Shown here piece after piece: positions 49,681-63,149 of a stretch of DNA of 64,000 nt. The translations under genes and the position numbers were made by a program. Source of the DNA: Dicyema japonicum. Its lineage: Eukaryota > Animalia > Dicyemida. The notes beneath the pieces were generated by a model. That model made no database searches and was not told the DNA's origin. It saw only the letters and a list, made by a program, of their open reading frames with translations. Positions within the stretch are counted from its first letter, which is position 1; each line of letters opens with the position of its first letter. The DNA is taken from contig RDEW01000005.1 of the NCBI GenBank assembly GCA_011109175.1, forward strand, positions 124,001 to 188,000. Direction: 5' to 3'.

Positions 49681-50192
49681 CCTTGGTTACAATCTTTAGT
49701 AAGCTCAGCACAAAGAGTCACAACTAATTAATCCAAGGAAGGAACCCAAGGGGGAACGTCTGTTTGTATCGACCAAGTTCATCCTACATTATAGTCCATT
49801 ACAAACTTCCGCTTCCGAAGAGGGGTGTTGTAAAAAAGTACGTCCTACCGTCGCAGACATCATTTCATTCTTTAGCGGGAAAGATTTCATAATAGAATAT
49901 CTTCAGCAGTGGATTTGGAGAAAAAGGAAGGAAGATCCCATTCAACAACTTTGTCGTGCAGATGGACTCGTCGCCTCACGAGTGGGATCTGAATCCATCT
50001 TTCGGATTCGAACTCACGAAATCAAATCCGATGTGTCATCAGGCGTTGCGTTCAGCCAGAAGGCCAATATCTTCAAATTAATAATTTAATGTTAATTTTC
50101 CAGCAGAAAAATTAATGAATTAAAAAAATATTAAATTGCGTAATTAAAATTTTAATAACATTTAAGTTTCCATAGAATATTTTGACTTAAAA

Positions 50193-51651
50193 ATGTGTAA
50201 TTAAAGTTTGAATGAAAGGTCTTCAAAGTCAAGGATCAGTTCTGGGACAAGTAAACATCTAAAAGACTCTGAAAGCGTTAGAAGGTTCATTGCTGAAGAC
50301 TTGGACTGGAATTTGAGGATAATCCCCCGGCTCACTCAAATTACCATCGACTACTTAATAAAAAACTTTACCGGTGACCCCAAATCAATTAAACTAGAAA
50401 ATTCTGACATCTACAAACAACTCCCTGAGAAATATCGTATTCTTTTAGTGAAAGAGATTCCAACCAACCTACCCCTCTCTTTAACAGTAAAAGAAATCTC
50501 GGACGAAAATTATTGGCAGCGATGTTGTCTGGATAGGCAATAATTTGATTAATGATAGGTGGAGAGTGTGTAACGTGGCAGCCTACGGGAATTCATGGAA
50601 GAGGCTGTTCATGGAGCGAAATTTGGAGGCTCTCATTGAAAAACCACATTCCCTTGATGAGTGATTTCACTGAAATCTCAAATTGTATCTCAATTACGGG
50701 CCAATACATTGAGAGGGTGGAAATGCTAAATAACTACTAGTTGGATCTAAAACAACTACTTCCACCAGTCATCGATGAAAATAAGGATAATTTCGCAGAG
50801 AGTGAAGATGAGGAGGATTACGTGACGGACCACATCGATTTCGCTCCGATTTTGAATGTATGAGGGATATTGAAATTAGGGGTTAAAAAATCTAAAAGAG
50901 TTACACGTGACCTTTTCCGTGAAAAACTGTGGTATGAACTTTGAATGGCGATTTTTCGGAATGACAAACCTTGACGCTATTCAGTTGACAAAATGCTTGG
51001 CGATCTACAAAAATTTAGAACTCATCCACATCCACCGCAGTAGCATTAACGACGACAGATGCCGGCTTATCGTCTCGAATATTATGAACAGCTCGAATCT
51101 CAAGATCCTCGACTTGTCGTACAACAATATTGGGTTTAGGGGATGCAAGGCGATAGCTAAGCTCATCAAAACATCAAAAAGTCTTGAAAAAATTGACCTC
51201 ACTTTCAATTCCGCGGGACTGAAGGAGCTCAAGCCATAGCAAAGGCTTTATGTCGTGAAATTTCACTAAAGACGTTGATTTTAAGGCTAAACAAAATTGA
51301 AGACGCCGGTGGTCTTTCGATTTTCAGTGCCTTGAAGGTTAACAAATCTCTCCAAGTCCTCGATTTATCTTCTAACTATTTGTCATACTCAGTGGTCCAG
51401 CTACTCAGTGAAGCCTTGGAAAATAATAATGTCCTCAAGCATGTGATGTTGGCTAACAACAAATTAACACTGGTACACGTGTATTTGACATGCTAGGATG
51501 GGGGGAAGATGTTGAGAGATAGCGTCGAGAAGAACACTACTTGCTTTCCCTCGAAGTCGAAGGATCTGACTGTGGACATGAAATCGAATATGCCTTGGAG
51601 AAAATAATCGACAGAAACAGAAACTCCCAGGGAATCGCAGGAATAATATAA
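50193..51651 (+). CDS. TCTE1: Dynein regulatory complex subunit 5 (LRR protein); three apparent 1-nt indels
   Basis: RRFIAEDLDW, ENYWQRCC, WKRLFMER, QLLPP, DHID, VKNCGMNFEW, LDLSYNNIG, LRLNKIEDAGG colinear with TCTE1/DRC5. Confidence 0.9.
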
Positions 51652-52039
51652 GCAACACTAATTATAGAAATTAACATCAAATTAAAATTGCCTTCATTTA
51701 TGGATTTCAAACGGGCAAACGGTAGTTAAGAGGATGTCTTGTTGAGTGCAAGGCCTCCCACGTCTAATGGCAGCGTTAAGCTTATCGAATATCCCCTAAA
51801 ATGAGTGAAATAGAGTATTATAGCACGTTCAGGAGAAGAATGATATTTATAGGCCCTCGTGCAACAAAAGACATAATTTTAGATGTCAATATCTTTTACG
51901 ATCACCCATTCCAAACCAGCGATCTCGATAAATTTGTCAATCGGTGGATTTAACGCTCTTTTCAGCGTTTTCGGGTCATTTACCAAAACGATATCAGAGT
52001 TATGTTATCCAAATTAAGTCGTGTCCGACCCTTGGAGAT

Positions 52040-53810
52040 CTCATGAGCTAATTTTCTCCACTCCGATCCGCAGTAGCCTTGATATAGGCATTCCCGTGAC
52101 GTCTTCTACCGTGGATAGCCACCGAGTCCTCGGTCGACTAGGTCTTCTCTTCCCAGCAATATTGCTCAGCATAATAGTTCTTTCCAGAGAATCAGAGCGG
52201 ACAACATGGCCAAAGAACGTCAATCTGTGTTTTACGATTCTTCCTTCTAGCGAAATGTCCGTCTCCACCCGTTTAAGTACATCGGTGTTTGTTATTTTGG
52301 AACCCCGTCCCATGGCAATTCGCCTCTTGATTCCGTCACCATTCCGATTGATTAGACATCCCAGAAAGACAACATTATCGCAACTCTCTATTTTCTATTT
52401 CCCAATTTTTAGTTCCATTATTAGCAGTCGTCATAATTTTGGTCTTCTTGATATTTAGCAATAAACCAAAGACGGCGCTCTCTTCTCTGAATCTTAGAGT
52501 CAACTCCCTGAAGCCATCCTCTGCTTCAGCCAGTAAGGTTGTATCGTCAGCATAGCGCAAATTATTGATGTTCCTGCCTCCAATTTAATCCCGTTATTTG
52601 ATACAGTATCCAATTTAGTCATGATCATTTCTGCATAAATATTGAATAGGATGGGAGATAATAAGCATCCTTGTCTTACTCCTTTACAAATTTTGAACCA
52701 ATCAGTATCTCCATACACTGTTCTAACAGTAGCTTCTTGATCCTTATAAAGAGATTTGATAGGCAATATCAGATGGGCATCGAATCCAAATTTTTTTAAA
52801 GCGGACCACAGCTTGTCATGTATAACGGAATCAAAAGCTTTCCGATAGTCAATGAAGCACATGTATACACTCTTTTGGGATTCATGGACTTTTTCCATAA
52901 TCCACCAGACATTTGCTATATGGTCACGTGTGCCTCGTCCCTTCCTGAATCCTGCTTGGACATCCGGTAGAATCATTTTGGCATTAGACGATGTTGTATT
53001 ATCTTTAGAAGTATTTTGTACGATAGTTAGAACAGTCCTTGCTATCCCCTTTTTTCGGTATTGGAATAAATGTAGATCTTTTCCACTCGCGTGGCCAAAT
53101 ACCAGTTTTCCAAATTTTTTGACATAGACTGGTGATAGCTGTCACCGGTATAGCCTTCAGCAATTAGCTTGAGATGTTGTCAATCCCCGGTGCCTTGTTC
53201 CCCGTTAATTGCCGTGTAGCCCACACGCATTCCTTTTCAAGGATTTTATGCCCCTCACCCAACGTTGCTTCATCAACATATATGGGTGGGCACACAGTTT
53301 CTGAATCGAATCCGTATATTCTCTCCAACGATTTTGGATGTTCTGTTGGCTCAGCAATTCTACACCATTCTTGTCCTTGATTTTGCCCATCATTTTCGTA
53401 AAAAGGGCTCGTAATCTTTTTAGTTGTAAATACGCATTCTTAGTGTGACCTCTCTTATAGTCATCTTCCATTTTTTTGCAGCGTAACCTCCAGTAGTCTT
53501 ATTATCCTGCTTGGCTGCCTCTTTGAATTCAGAGTTAAGTTTTCTTGTTCCGTTTATATTCCCAGAGACTTTAGCAGCTTTACGAGCCTCAGCAATGTTT
53601 AGGGTGTTGGGAGAGAGCCATTCAGAGCACTTGGCCGGCGTTTTGTATTTGACATGTTTGTTGCAGCGTTCCTGATAACCAACTGCATATCATTCCATAA
53701 TTCATCAGGCATCCTTTCGTTCAAATCCAGTAATCCAATATTGTGCTTAACTTTCATTGCGTATTCTGATGGTATGTTCGAGACATCAAATTTCTTCACT
53801 CGGAGGGTAT
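52040..53810 (-). mobile_element. RTE/BovB-like LINE, decayed
   Basis: QAGFRKGRGTRDHIAN, CFIDYRKAFDSV, GVRQGCLLSPILFNIYAE, RYADDTTLLAE, FFGHVVR. Confidence 0.85.
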
Positions 53811-54119
53811 TAAGAGTTACTCTTGCTTTCCACGAAAGCGGCCCGCCTGGAGGACAAAATGGCTTTATATAGATATATTTTGTTGGGTGAAGTCTATCCT
53901 CAAAAGATCTCTGAGCAGTCTCCGGGAAGAATACGTTATTCCAGTTTTTTGGCTTGGATCCGCATTAAACAATGCTTTAATTTCTGGAATTTTTTAAAAT
54001 TATCTTTTAAAGGCTGAGATTATCTAACTGTTTTTATATAATTAAAAAAATTTAAATATTAAATTAATATTTTATTTTTTTATTAAATTTAAATCGATTT
54101 TACCGCTTACGGATTATTA

Positions 54120-56611
54120 ATGGTGTGCATACATTTATATATATTAAACATTCCTTCATATCGTAATTATTTTAGACGAGTATTAAGCGCTTTTCCTCAC
54201 TAAAGTCGTCCACATTAAATTCTTCCGCCACCGGTATGAGTACCCAAACTAATAATGATGACGACGAAAAACGACAACGTGCAATGGAGAGAGTATTTAA
54301 GGCTAAGGATAGCTCCTCTGTTGAACAAAATAAAAAGTATTTCCTCCTGTATATATTTAAGTCAATTTACATATTCAAACAGTGAAATCACCGAACATTA
54401 TGCCAGTTGTGTAAGATTGTCGGCTGAAAATGTTAATTCTATAATAATTTTAGAAAATAAACTCAAAAAATGCCTTCTGTCTTCATTTAATCGACTATTT
54501 CTCGCTGGTTATACAAGAAAACACTGATTACCAGGTTAATTTAGTAAATATACCCAGATTATGACTTCTGCCTTGGACGCAAGTGTAAAGATATATGCCG
54601 GGCGTGTGGATGCTGTGTATAATCAGTCCCACAAAGTCCTCGTGGGATTCACTCGAAAAATCAATCTCAAAACGACAGTGGGGATGAAAATGAGACTGTG
54701 GAAAACGAGGAGAGGCAAACAGAAGAATTGGAGAGGAGAATACCAGTGAAAAAAAGATTAAGAAAAAAAACATGATTGAATCGAATCTAAAGAACATTTC
54801 CGAAAACTTTGATAACGAAAAAAACTATGTATGTTCCACGTGCTATTGGCTATTTAACTAAATAATTACATATGATTGACCCCGCAAATTTTATTGTTAA
54901 AAATTATAAGTGCCCACGTGCTAATGAATAAAAAACTTTATATGAGCCCGCGAGTTTTTATTGTTAAATTATGTGTGATCAGGGCTATTTACTTGCCTGC
55001 TGAAAATTAGAGATGAACTTTTTTTCTTGCTAAAATGGTTTTTAATGTTATTTTTCCCCTCTTATGGATCCACATGTTATTGCTTATATCATAAAATTTG
55101 ATATTAATGCTGTTTTTTGGTTATTTTTATATTTCTAGTTCTCGAATACACTAAAGTCTACGATAATGTGCGTTGATACTGAGTGTGACACCATAAATGA
55201 TTTGATTTCCAAAACTGCGCACGCTGATAATTATGGAGAATCTGTCATCGACCCTAAGGATCAGTTCATTACCATCCCCAATCAGACTTTCATTAAGGAA
55301 GAGATCCGCGACATCAGTTTGTTGTGTTATGGATTTTTAGGAGAATTGGTCTGCTCTGACTTGACTCACCCCACTTTTGGGATATCATTGGCAAACTTTG
55401 ACTTCACTGGGAAAGAACTGGCTGAGGTAGGGTTGGGTTAATTTTGTAGGAGCTGATTGAAGGGTTCAGACCTAAACTGCCTGACTCCCAGTGCTCGACC
55501 CATTCTGTCTACGAGGATATGATTGAGAATCAGGATGGCACATTCCGAGTGGACATTGCAGACGACACTATCGTAGCTGATGTCATTGAGAGTCAACATT
55601 CCCCAGTAAAGACGGGAATGAGTGCCCCCTCCTATAACTACAATATAAGGTATTGTCTCCAAATATTCGTAGTCCGAGTAAAATCGACAAAATTCTCAAT
55701 ATCATAACGTCTGAACCTTCTGAATATTCCTACTTCGATAAAGCTAATGTCCAAGCTTCATGGAGTTTCCAGCGTGGGCACCCGTCTTATGAGGGATGCG
55801 TGTTGTTGTCTTGTGTCTTATTTAGCTGTTTCGAACGCTCCAAAGAAGAAAGTTTCGAAGATGGCAATGCTAATTGACTATATCCCGATGGTGGACATTA
55901 AAGAGTTCTACAATAGCGGACAAAAGAAAAACGTTTCATGTCCCTCAGCCTCGATGAAGCCTTCGGAAACTCAGAAAAACTCAAACTGTTGCAACATGTT
56001 GTCGAAGCAGCCTTTATTCCGTGCTGTTAAACTCTTCGAATGTACATCCACCAATTCCCGCTTTATGGTTTTCCGTGATCATATTTGGTAGTTCGAAAAG
56101 GTAGTGATTGCCGAACAAATATTGGGGGAGAAGAACGGAACGAAGAGGATCCCCATAGTACGATTAATGGAAGTGATTTTGACCCGATCATGGTAGATTG
56201 CTCTCTGACTTTTAGAATTTGGATTCCGTGGACTTAGCCGGAAATGACAATGAGTTTATATTCTCCCCCACACAAAATGTGTTCCACCAGACATTCAATT
56301 TGGTAGATAACCCTAATAAAGTTGCCCGATTGGATATATCCTTCACGAGGAGTTCACGGAAAGTCAACATGGACAGATTAAAACACGTTTTGTTCGAACA
56401 AATCAAAACGGAGAGGGTTGGGATGGTTGGAATCTACGATGATGTTCTTTCTAACCTTCCAGAATCCACGAGGTCGAATATGTCCAAGTCTATGCTCTTC
56501 GTGACTGCCCTACATTTGGCTGGAGAGGGGGTATTTGGTTGTTTTACTTACAAGCGCATTAATGTAACGACTAATGACAACTTCGAGGATGTAACTTTAA
56601 TGAAGATTTAA
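54120..56611 (+). CDS. NCAPH: Condensin I kleisin subunit (CAP-H/Barren)
   Basis: NDDDEKRQR, ITEHYASCVRLSAEN/KINSKNAFCLHLIDY, LDASVKIYAGRVDAVY, SEYSYFD, ISFTRSSRKVNMDRLK, LFVTALHLA; micro-introns plus one 310-nt intron; frame break at 54660-54760. Confidence 0.9.
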
Positions 56612-58079
56612 TTTGGTTTTTTAATTAATGTCATTTTGACATTTACTAGTAATTCTTATTTATTTATTGTTACTAATTTATAGAAAAATTATGATGTAAT
56701 TAAGTATAAGAAGCTGGGACCTCTTGCTACACTCAAAGCAATGATGTCCGTGAAACCCAGTGGTTTCTCAGTTGATTATAGGAACCAATTCGATGTTTCA
56801 CAGCGAGCTTAAGGAGTTGGATCAATAAGATTTACTCTCGGATGGATAGCGAAGAATTCTATGGGGATAACGCAAAGAGGCCCATTGCAAATAAGAAAAG
56901 AATGTGGATTGTGATGAAACGTCAAAATTCCATAGTTGCCCAAAAAACAAACGTCCCCTTTAGAAAACATCATCCACGTTCCTGCCAAGTTTAATATCAA
57001 TATCTGTGCCCAACAAACATTCAACACTCAAATCATATGCATGACCTAAATGCATTTCAATCGATAAACCACCCAAATAATTTATAGCAGTTGCAGATTA
57101 ACAATAATCATACAATCACTAAGCTTTACATTTGTTTGCTTTAAAATAACTAGTGCTTCTCTGGGTTTCCTTATACTCTCCTGGGAGACACTAATTTAAA
57201 ATTGGGCCGGCCAGTTGGAAATAAACTCTAAACATCCATTTCATTATTCATTTATTTTCATAAGAGGCGAGGAAGAGTCACCTAAACGATAAGCATTCAT
57301 GCAAAAGAGTCACGAAGTAGCTGACTATAATTTCAATTATGCTTTAGTTCAAATAGCATATTAATAATCGTGACTCATTTTTATTCTTTCTGACAACGTG
57401 TCACTTCAAATAATTCTTAGGGTCTTATCTGCAATTTTTAATATCAGCTTTAGGTATTGTGTAGATGGCTTCTCCTCCAAGTGACAACAACTCACAGAAG
57501 GTGGCCTCAGAGAGAGCCGAAACCCTTAAGATAAAAATACACGAAAAAGACCAAGACATGGGGGATTACTTTATTAATAATCCTGCCATGAGGCCTGGAT
57601 TCTTTCGCAGTTTTATCCCTTCTAGCTTTAAAGTCTTGTCTGAACGTACCTTTTATTCACTTTTGTCCTCAGGAGAAAACTCTTTATCCGTTCAGGAGAA
57701 ACTCTACTATGATTTCCTCCTCTTCTAGTGCTTTTCACCTCTTTTAAGAAGGGTCAGCTTGATTGCCATCCTCCTCGTCTTATCCAGAAGGTTGATAACG
57801 AATATTTGGAGATATCAAACTTTAAAGTCGTGTAAAGGGTATTTGATAAAATTATATTTTGGCCACATCTTTAGTTTCAGGGTAACCATCCTTCTGCCAA
57901 AAGACTATTTGTAGGGATTGAATAATATTCCATACTAAAATTCAAAAGTAGAGACTTTACCGGATTCAATCCGATTGTTGAAATGTCAAATTTAATTTTC
58001 CTATAAAAATTACTTGAACTTTCGCAAATTTACATTTCATGTGTATAATTGGATCGAATTGCGTAAAAGAAAACCTATC

Positions 58080-58315
58080 ATCGTTAATTCAAAGTGGGAC
58101 GCGTCCTTTCCAAACACCACGTTTCTCCATATTCGCAACCGTGGCAACCTCCAATAATGTAGGGAAGAGAGAATCCTATTGGAAGTCTTAGATGGATTAG
58201 AAATTGAAGAAGGCAAAGAGCAGACAGGAATCTTCCACCAATAGGTAACGGTGTGGGATCGAACTCACAACTAATCGGGACACGAGCAACGAAACTATCA
58301 CTACGTTACCCGGTT
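58080..58315 (-). mobile_element. tRNA-headed SINE related to family B
   Basis: Minus strand gtaacgtagtga..gagttcgatccc..ggtggaagattcc resembles 34455-34537. Confidence 0.45.
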
Positions 58316-60299
58316 ATCACGGAATATAGAGAACACATTAGGGAGAAATCCAAGCTACGGCAAAACTTTTAAAGTAAAAACTTGATTTGACAGCAATACC
58401 ACAAGCGACAAGCCTATAAAAGTAATGCTTCAAACCTTTAAGTGACAACGTAAGTTAGTCAGCAAACCTTAAAGACAAAGTGTTGGTCATTTCTCTAAGA
58501 GATCCACGTCACCGGCTTTAACTTCGACCAGGTGAGCGATTACTGATTATGCGATTGATTAGTTGATGTAGCGCTGTAATTGATTGATTTTATTAATATT
58601 TAAGTAGAAATAGTTAAACTGATCATTTCCATGCTTCCGTACTTTCACGGTTCACTAAATTTATTCGAACTCTCAGCATGCGAACGCTTTGGAGGTTTGA
58701 AGAAAAATAGTCATCTGAAGTTTAAAGTATTGAACTTATTTTCTAGTGAGTTGAAGCAATGCCAAACCTTTCTGTTTCCGAGATTAATAACCCAACCAAA
58801 TAAAACAAAAAATGATGATGAAACAGTAAAATGTCAAAATCAAGGTGTATCTTTGGTTATTTTTAGTGGGCTACAAATTCGAAGATCCATTCAAATCCCC
58901 TTCAATTGAATTTGTTGAGAAAATAACACAAATATATATTTTAGAAAAACAAACAATATCAAAGGAAAAAAAGAAATCAAAGGCAAAGAAGAGAGGCTGT
59001 CAATCTTAAAAATTTTATATAATATTAAAATTTTAATATTTTTTTATTCAAACAAAAATGTTTCTGTTTCCTCCCAATCGACATTAAACTCTTGGAAGAA
59101 TTAGTTATAGATTTCAAAATTACGGTTTGGCGAATTTTAGAATAAACGAAAAATCAAAGTACCACGGCAACAGCAAACCAATGCGCTCTAGCAGGGACTT
59201 CATCTTGACCCGATTCTCATCCCTCGATCTTACACAATTCTGTATCGGTGCTAGAAGTGGATGTTAACGGGGACGTCTTCGGTCTTAAGGATTCTAGAAA
59301 AGTTGGTGATTGTCGATTTAAAAAAATTCGCAACTGGAAAAAATAAAATTTTTAAATTGGAATTATAAACTACAATGAAAATTATTTATTATTTTTAGCC
59401 ACATTTCGGGATCACGTGACCAGTTTGGTTTTACCGCGGTCATCGGAATTTCTTATTTCAACGTATAATCATATTAACTGTCATCACATACATAAAGATT
59501 CTGACAGATGATCCCCCAGGTTCAATTTTGGGTTCTGACACTTCCTTTGTTCAACACAAAGGGCTTCCATGTCACCTCGTCACGAGAAGGAAGACAAGGA
59601 CTTTCATCCATCATGAAGCAGGTGGACATTCAATGCATTAGGGGACTTCACCCTGACCTCATGACCAATTAAAAACTGAATTGGTCACAGTGCCAAATTT
59701 GAATGCTAAATCGCCCGAATAATTGATATTTGGTTGTTTAATTATCATTTCCTTAGCAATTATCAAAAAATAGTTTAAATAATTTTCCAATAATGTTTAA
59801 TAGCAGTAATTAGGCACGTGCAGATTATCACCAACTGTGACACTGATTTATTGAATGATAAATCAATAGCAGATGTTATCATTTGATAATATAAGCATGA
59901 ATCACAAGCTGTTGCGATGAATTTGGGTACAGTTCCCGTTGAGAATGATGGCACTTGTTCGTGTAATTTTTTTAATCTTCAATGTTTTTTAAATATTTTT
60001 TATCCACGTGATAAATTTTTAGTAATATAAAATAGACAAAAAATAATACCGATCTACTGGATGGCCTTCCCCCATTTGTGGATGACTCGAAGACTACCTT
60101 TGACAGAGAAACAAAGAGGACCCTAGAACAATTACTTTCTGGATACTTCCTCCTAAGAGACGAATCGGGCTCTTGGCTTCCTCCACCGAATCAAGTATTA
60201 TTGATTATACAAGAAGCTTTCTCCTGCCTGGATCTTTAGTGAACATCAGATACCTTGGAAGCGTCCAGCACCAGCTATTGGACGCTCGAGGACAGTCGG

Positions 60300-60420
60300 C
60301 CTCTTAAAAGGTTGAGAGGTCAAGGTTAATAACTATAGGTCATACAGCGACCTCCTTGATTGTGTGGCTATCCCTCTCAGGATGGCAAGCGAGATTCTCT
60401 CAAATAACGCAGGGATCTCC
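60300..60420 (-). mobile_element. CRE-like 3' tip
   Basis: LFERISLAILRG on the minus strand. Confidence 0.55.
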
Positions 60421-60859
60421 TGTTAGTGAAGAAATCCGATTTATTTATATTAAAATATCATTCCAAAATTTTAGGATTATAATTGGTCAGCTCGAATTAC
60501 CTAGATCTCTAACTAAAATGTCTTTATGAAAGATGTAATTCCTCGTTCAAAAATTGTGTAAGCAACGGTGGGTGCCTCTTGACCTTCTACCGCTAGTTTA
60601 TCAGGCCAATACTGACCTACGCAAGTGCATCGTAGTTAATGAATATTTCCCTTCCTTCCATAAACACGCTATCCAAAATCAAGGAAACCGTTATCACTCC
60701 TAATTCAGGGTTTATGCCTATCGAAGGACATCTAATCGAATGACAACGAAAATTCCTGAAGGCGACCAGCCTTCCAAATAGTCATCTCTAAAATCCTGTT
60801 CAGCAAGGCTTCTGTTATTTTTAGTTTTTGACATGCTGTTTTTACTTCCAAAATTGTAA

Positions 60860-62238
60860 TTGGTTCTTTCAAGGGACTTGAATGGGGGATTGCTGTAGTC
60901 ACATAAAAAGTTTCTCAAAATGTGTTGCAATTACCTCCGCTTGCTCTTCAGTATTCAGTAATGTTTTGCCATTTTTGTCTTTGATGATTATTCGTTCCTT
61001 CCGGTTTGTGTGGCGTAGTAAACGAGCGGCCATATACATTTGTGAATTATCTTTAGTTTGGATACTTTATTGATTTTGCGGAGCAGTTCTTCTTGATGGA
61101 GTGTCTTGTTCAGTCTTCTGATTTTTCTACGGATATGGTCCCTCTGCCCCTGAAGGACTTTTCTCTTGTTATAGTCTTTTTCGTTTTGTTTCTTCGTATG
61201 GATTTCTTTTAACACCTTTGCTAGCTCTATATGTACCGTCCGATCCATACTGGCCGTCTGCCGCGTGCCTAGGTACAGGCTTGCTGCTTCCTTTATTATG
61301 CGCTTTGTGCCATCCCACGAAATTTCTACAGTTCGGTCCTTCAGATGGGAGCAGATGTATTCTTTGTAATTTTTGCCTGTATCCCGATGCGAGGCCAGTT
61401 TTCCGTTGTATCCACTTCTTGTGTTGTCGATAATATTGTTTGTAATGTTGTTATGTTTCTTATGTTTGATACCATGTTTCGCCAGGCTGAAGGTAGCAAT
61501 GACCATCCTGTGATCGCTGACAGTTGTTGAACTTTCTTTATAAGAGAGCGTTTGTCGTTAATTCGGCAAATAATATAGTCAATTTGGTTGTACATAGGGA
61601 CTAGTTTTCCATCTGGGTTTTTTCGTTCGCCTATCCAGCATGCACGATGAGAGAATCCGGTGTTGCACAAAAACAAATTGTTTGCCGTGCAGAAATGGGC
61701 AAGTATGGTCCCAAGCTAGTTTCTTTTCCCACGTCCGTGTCTTCCCATGAAGGTATCTTCTGAATTTTTTTTGTTCCAATTTTCGCATTCAGATCGCCAG
61801 CAATGAATATAAATGAGGACGACTCATATTCATTATACGTTATTGATAATGTTGAGTAGAATTCATCCAGTTCGGTCGGGTTTTTTGCCACTCATCCACA
61901 GTGTGGTGCATATACATATACAATTGTTAGTGTATTTTTAGGGAACATTGGTTGTTCAGGATCTGTATTGCAGATCCTGTCATTCACCCGACAAATGCGA
62001 CTGATGTCAGATGATAGTTTTCTGTGAATGGCGAATCCAAGACCATAGTGATTTGAGTCACTGGGTAGGGATATAAGTCGATATTTCTATGGTTTTTATT
62101 GAGATAGTACGTAATTTTCGTCTCTTGTATACAGCCAATAGAAATGTTATATCTTTCTAGGTCATCACAGAGAGTATTTCTTGACTGAGGCTTAGATATT
62201 CCTCTAGCATTGAACGTAAGAAGCTTTAGGGGAAGCAT
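60860..62238 (-). mobile_element. RTE-clade LINE, endonuclease half
   Basis: LLTFNARG, GCIQETK, YVYAPH, FIAGDLNAKIG, YNQIDYII. Confidence 0.8.
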
Positions 62239-63149
62239 ATTCTCTTGTATCTTTTGCTTTTAGACATTTTTCTTAACCATTGTACAGAGAAGAAACGAGG
62301 TACGTCAAAATCTCAAACATGCTAAATCCACGAAAAAGTATTATGCATGGAATTCGAAATATCTCAACATAGTACTCAGAATCTTAGACAGTTAGTTAGT
62401 TAAGTAACTCCGGCCTCACTAACTTGTAGGAGACCAGCGGCTATTAAGTAGGACGGATCAAATGTCGGTCGCTCCAAATCTTAGGCAATAAAATATCAAA
62501 TATCGAAAAAACTGTTTATTTTATTGAAATCAATAGAATCAATTATTCTGACAGGGTATCCATTATGACCTGTAGACATTTAGCCTTCATGACGGCGTGC
62601 CAACTGTTCTGGAAGAGTCATTGTGTCATTCTAGGCTCTCCCTTCAGCATTCCTGCAAGCCTGTTTATTAAATTTCAAGGTCAATTTTTAGTTGATTTTC
62701 TTAAATATTTCGCGTGTACCAAATTTAAATTAACCCCATCTAAGATTCCTAGAGGTAGATGGAACCTTATTATTGGATAGTTCGACGCTGAAAATTCTGA
62801 AAGTATAAATCCTAACGAACTGGAGATGGTGGATAATTATCAAAGTGGAGGAGCAGGGAATTGATCTAAATCAACTCCCAAAATACTAGCAACATCAAAC
62901 AGGGCTGCAAAGATAAATATAAAACCGGATAAACTCGGCAATTTATTATATGTAGCTTCTGCAGAGTATTAATGAAGTCACTGATATTATTTATTTTGCT
63001 CAAGTGCGTACAAATAAGATAAAGTAGAGTAGCTGCTAGTAAATGTTGATAGGAAAATCTTAAAGTTCCCGAGTGACTTGAATATTTTATTAGGAGCGAG
63101 CTATCAAAGTCACATTACAATTTTCTGAGAATTTTAACTTTTACTTAGA

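Noticed and set aside
57465-57728. 87-aa ORF MASPPSDNNSQK
   Set aside because: No domain match or exon continuation evident
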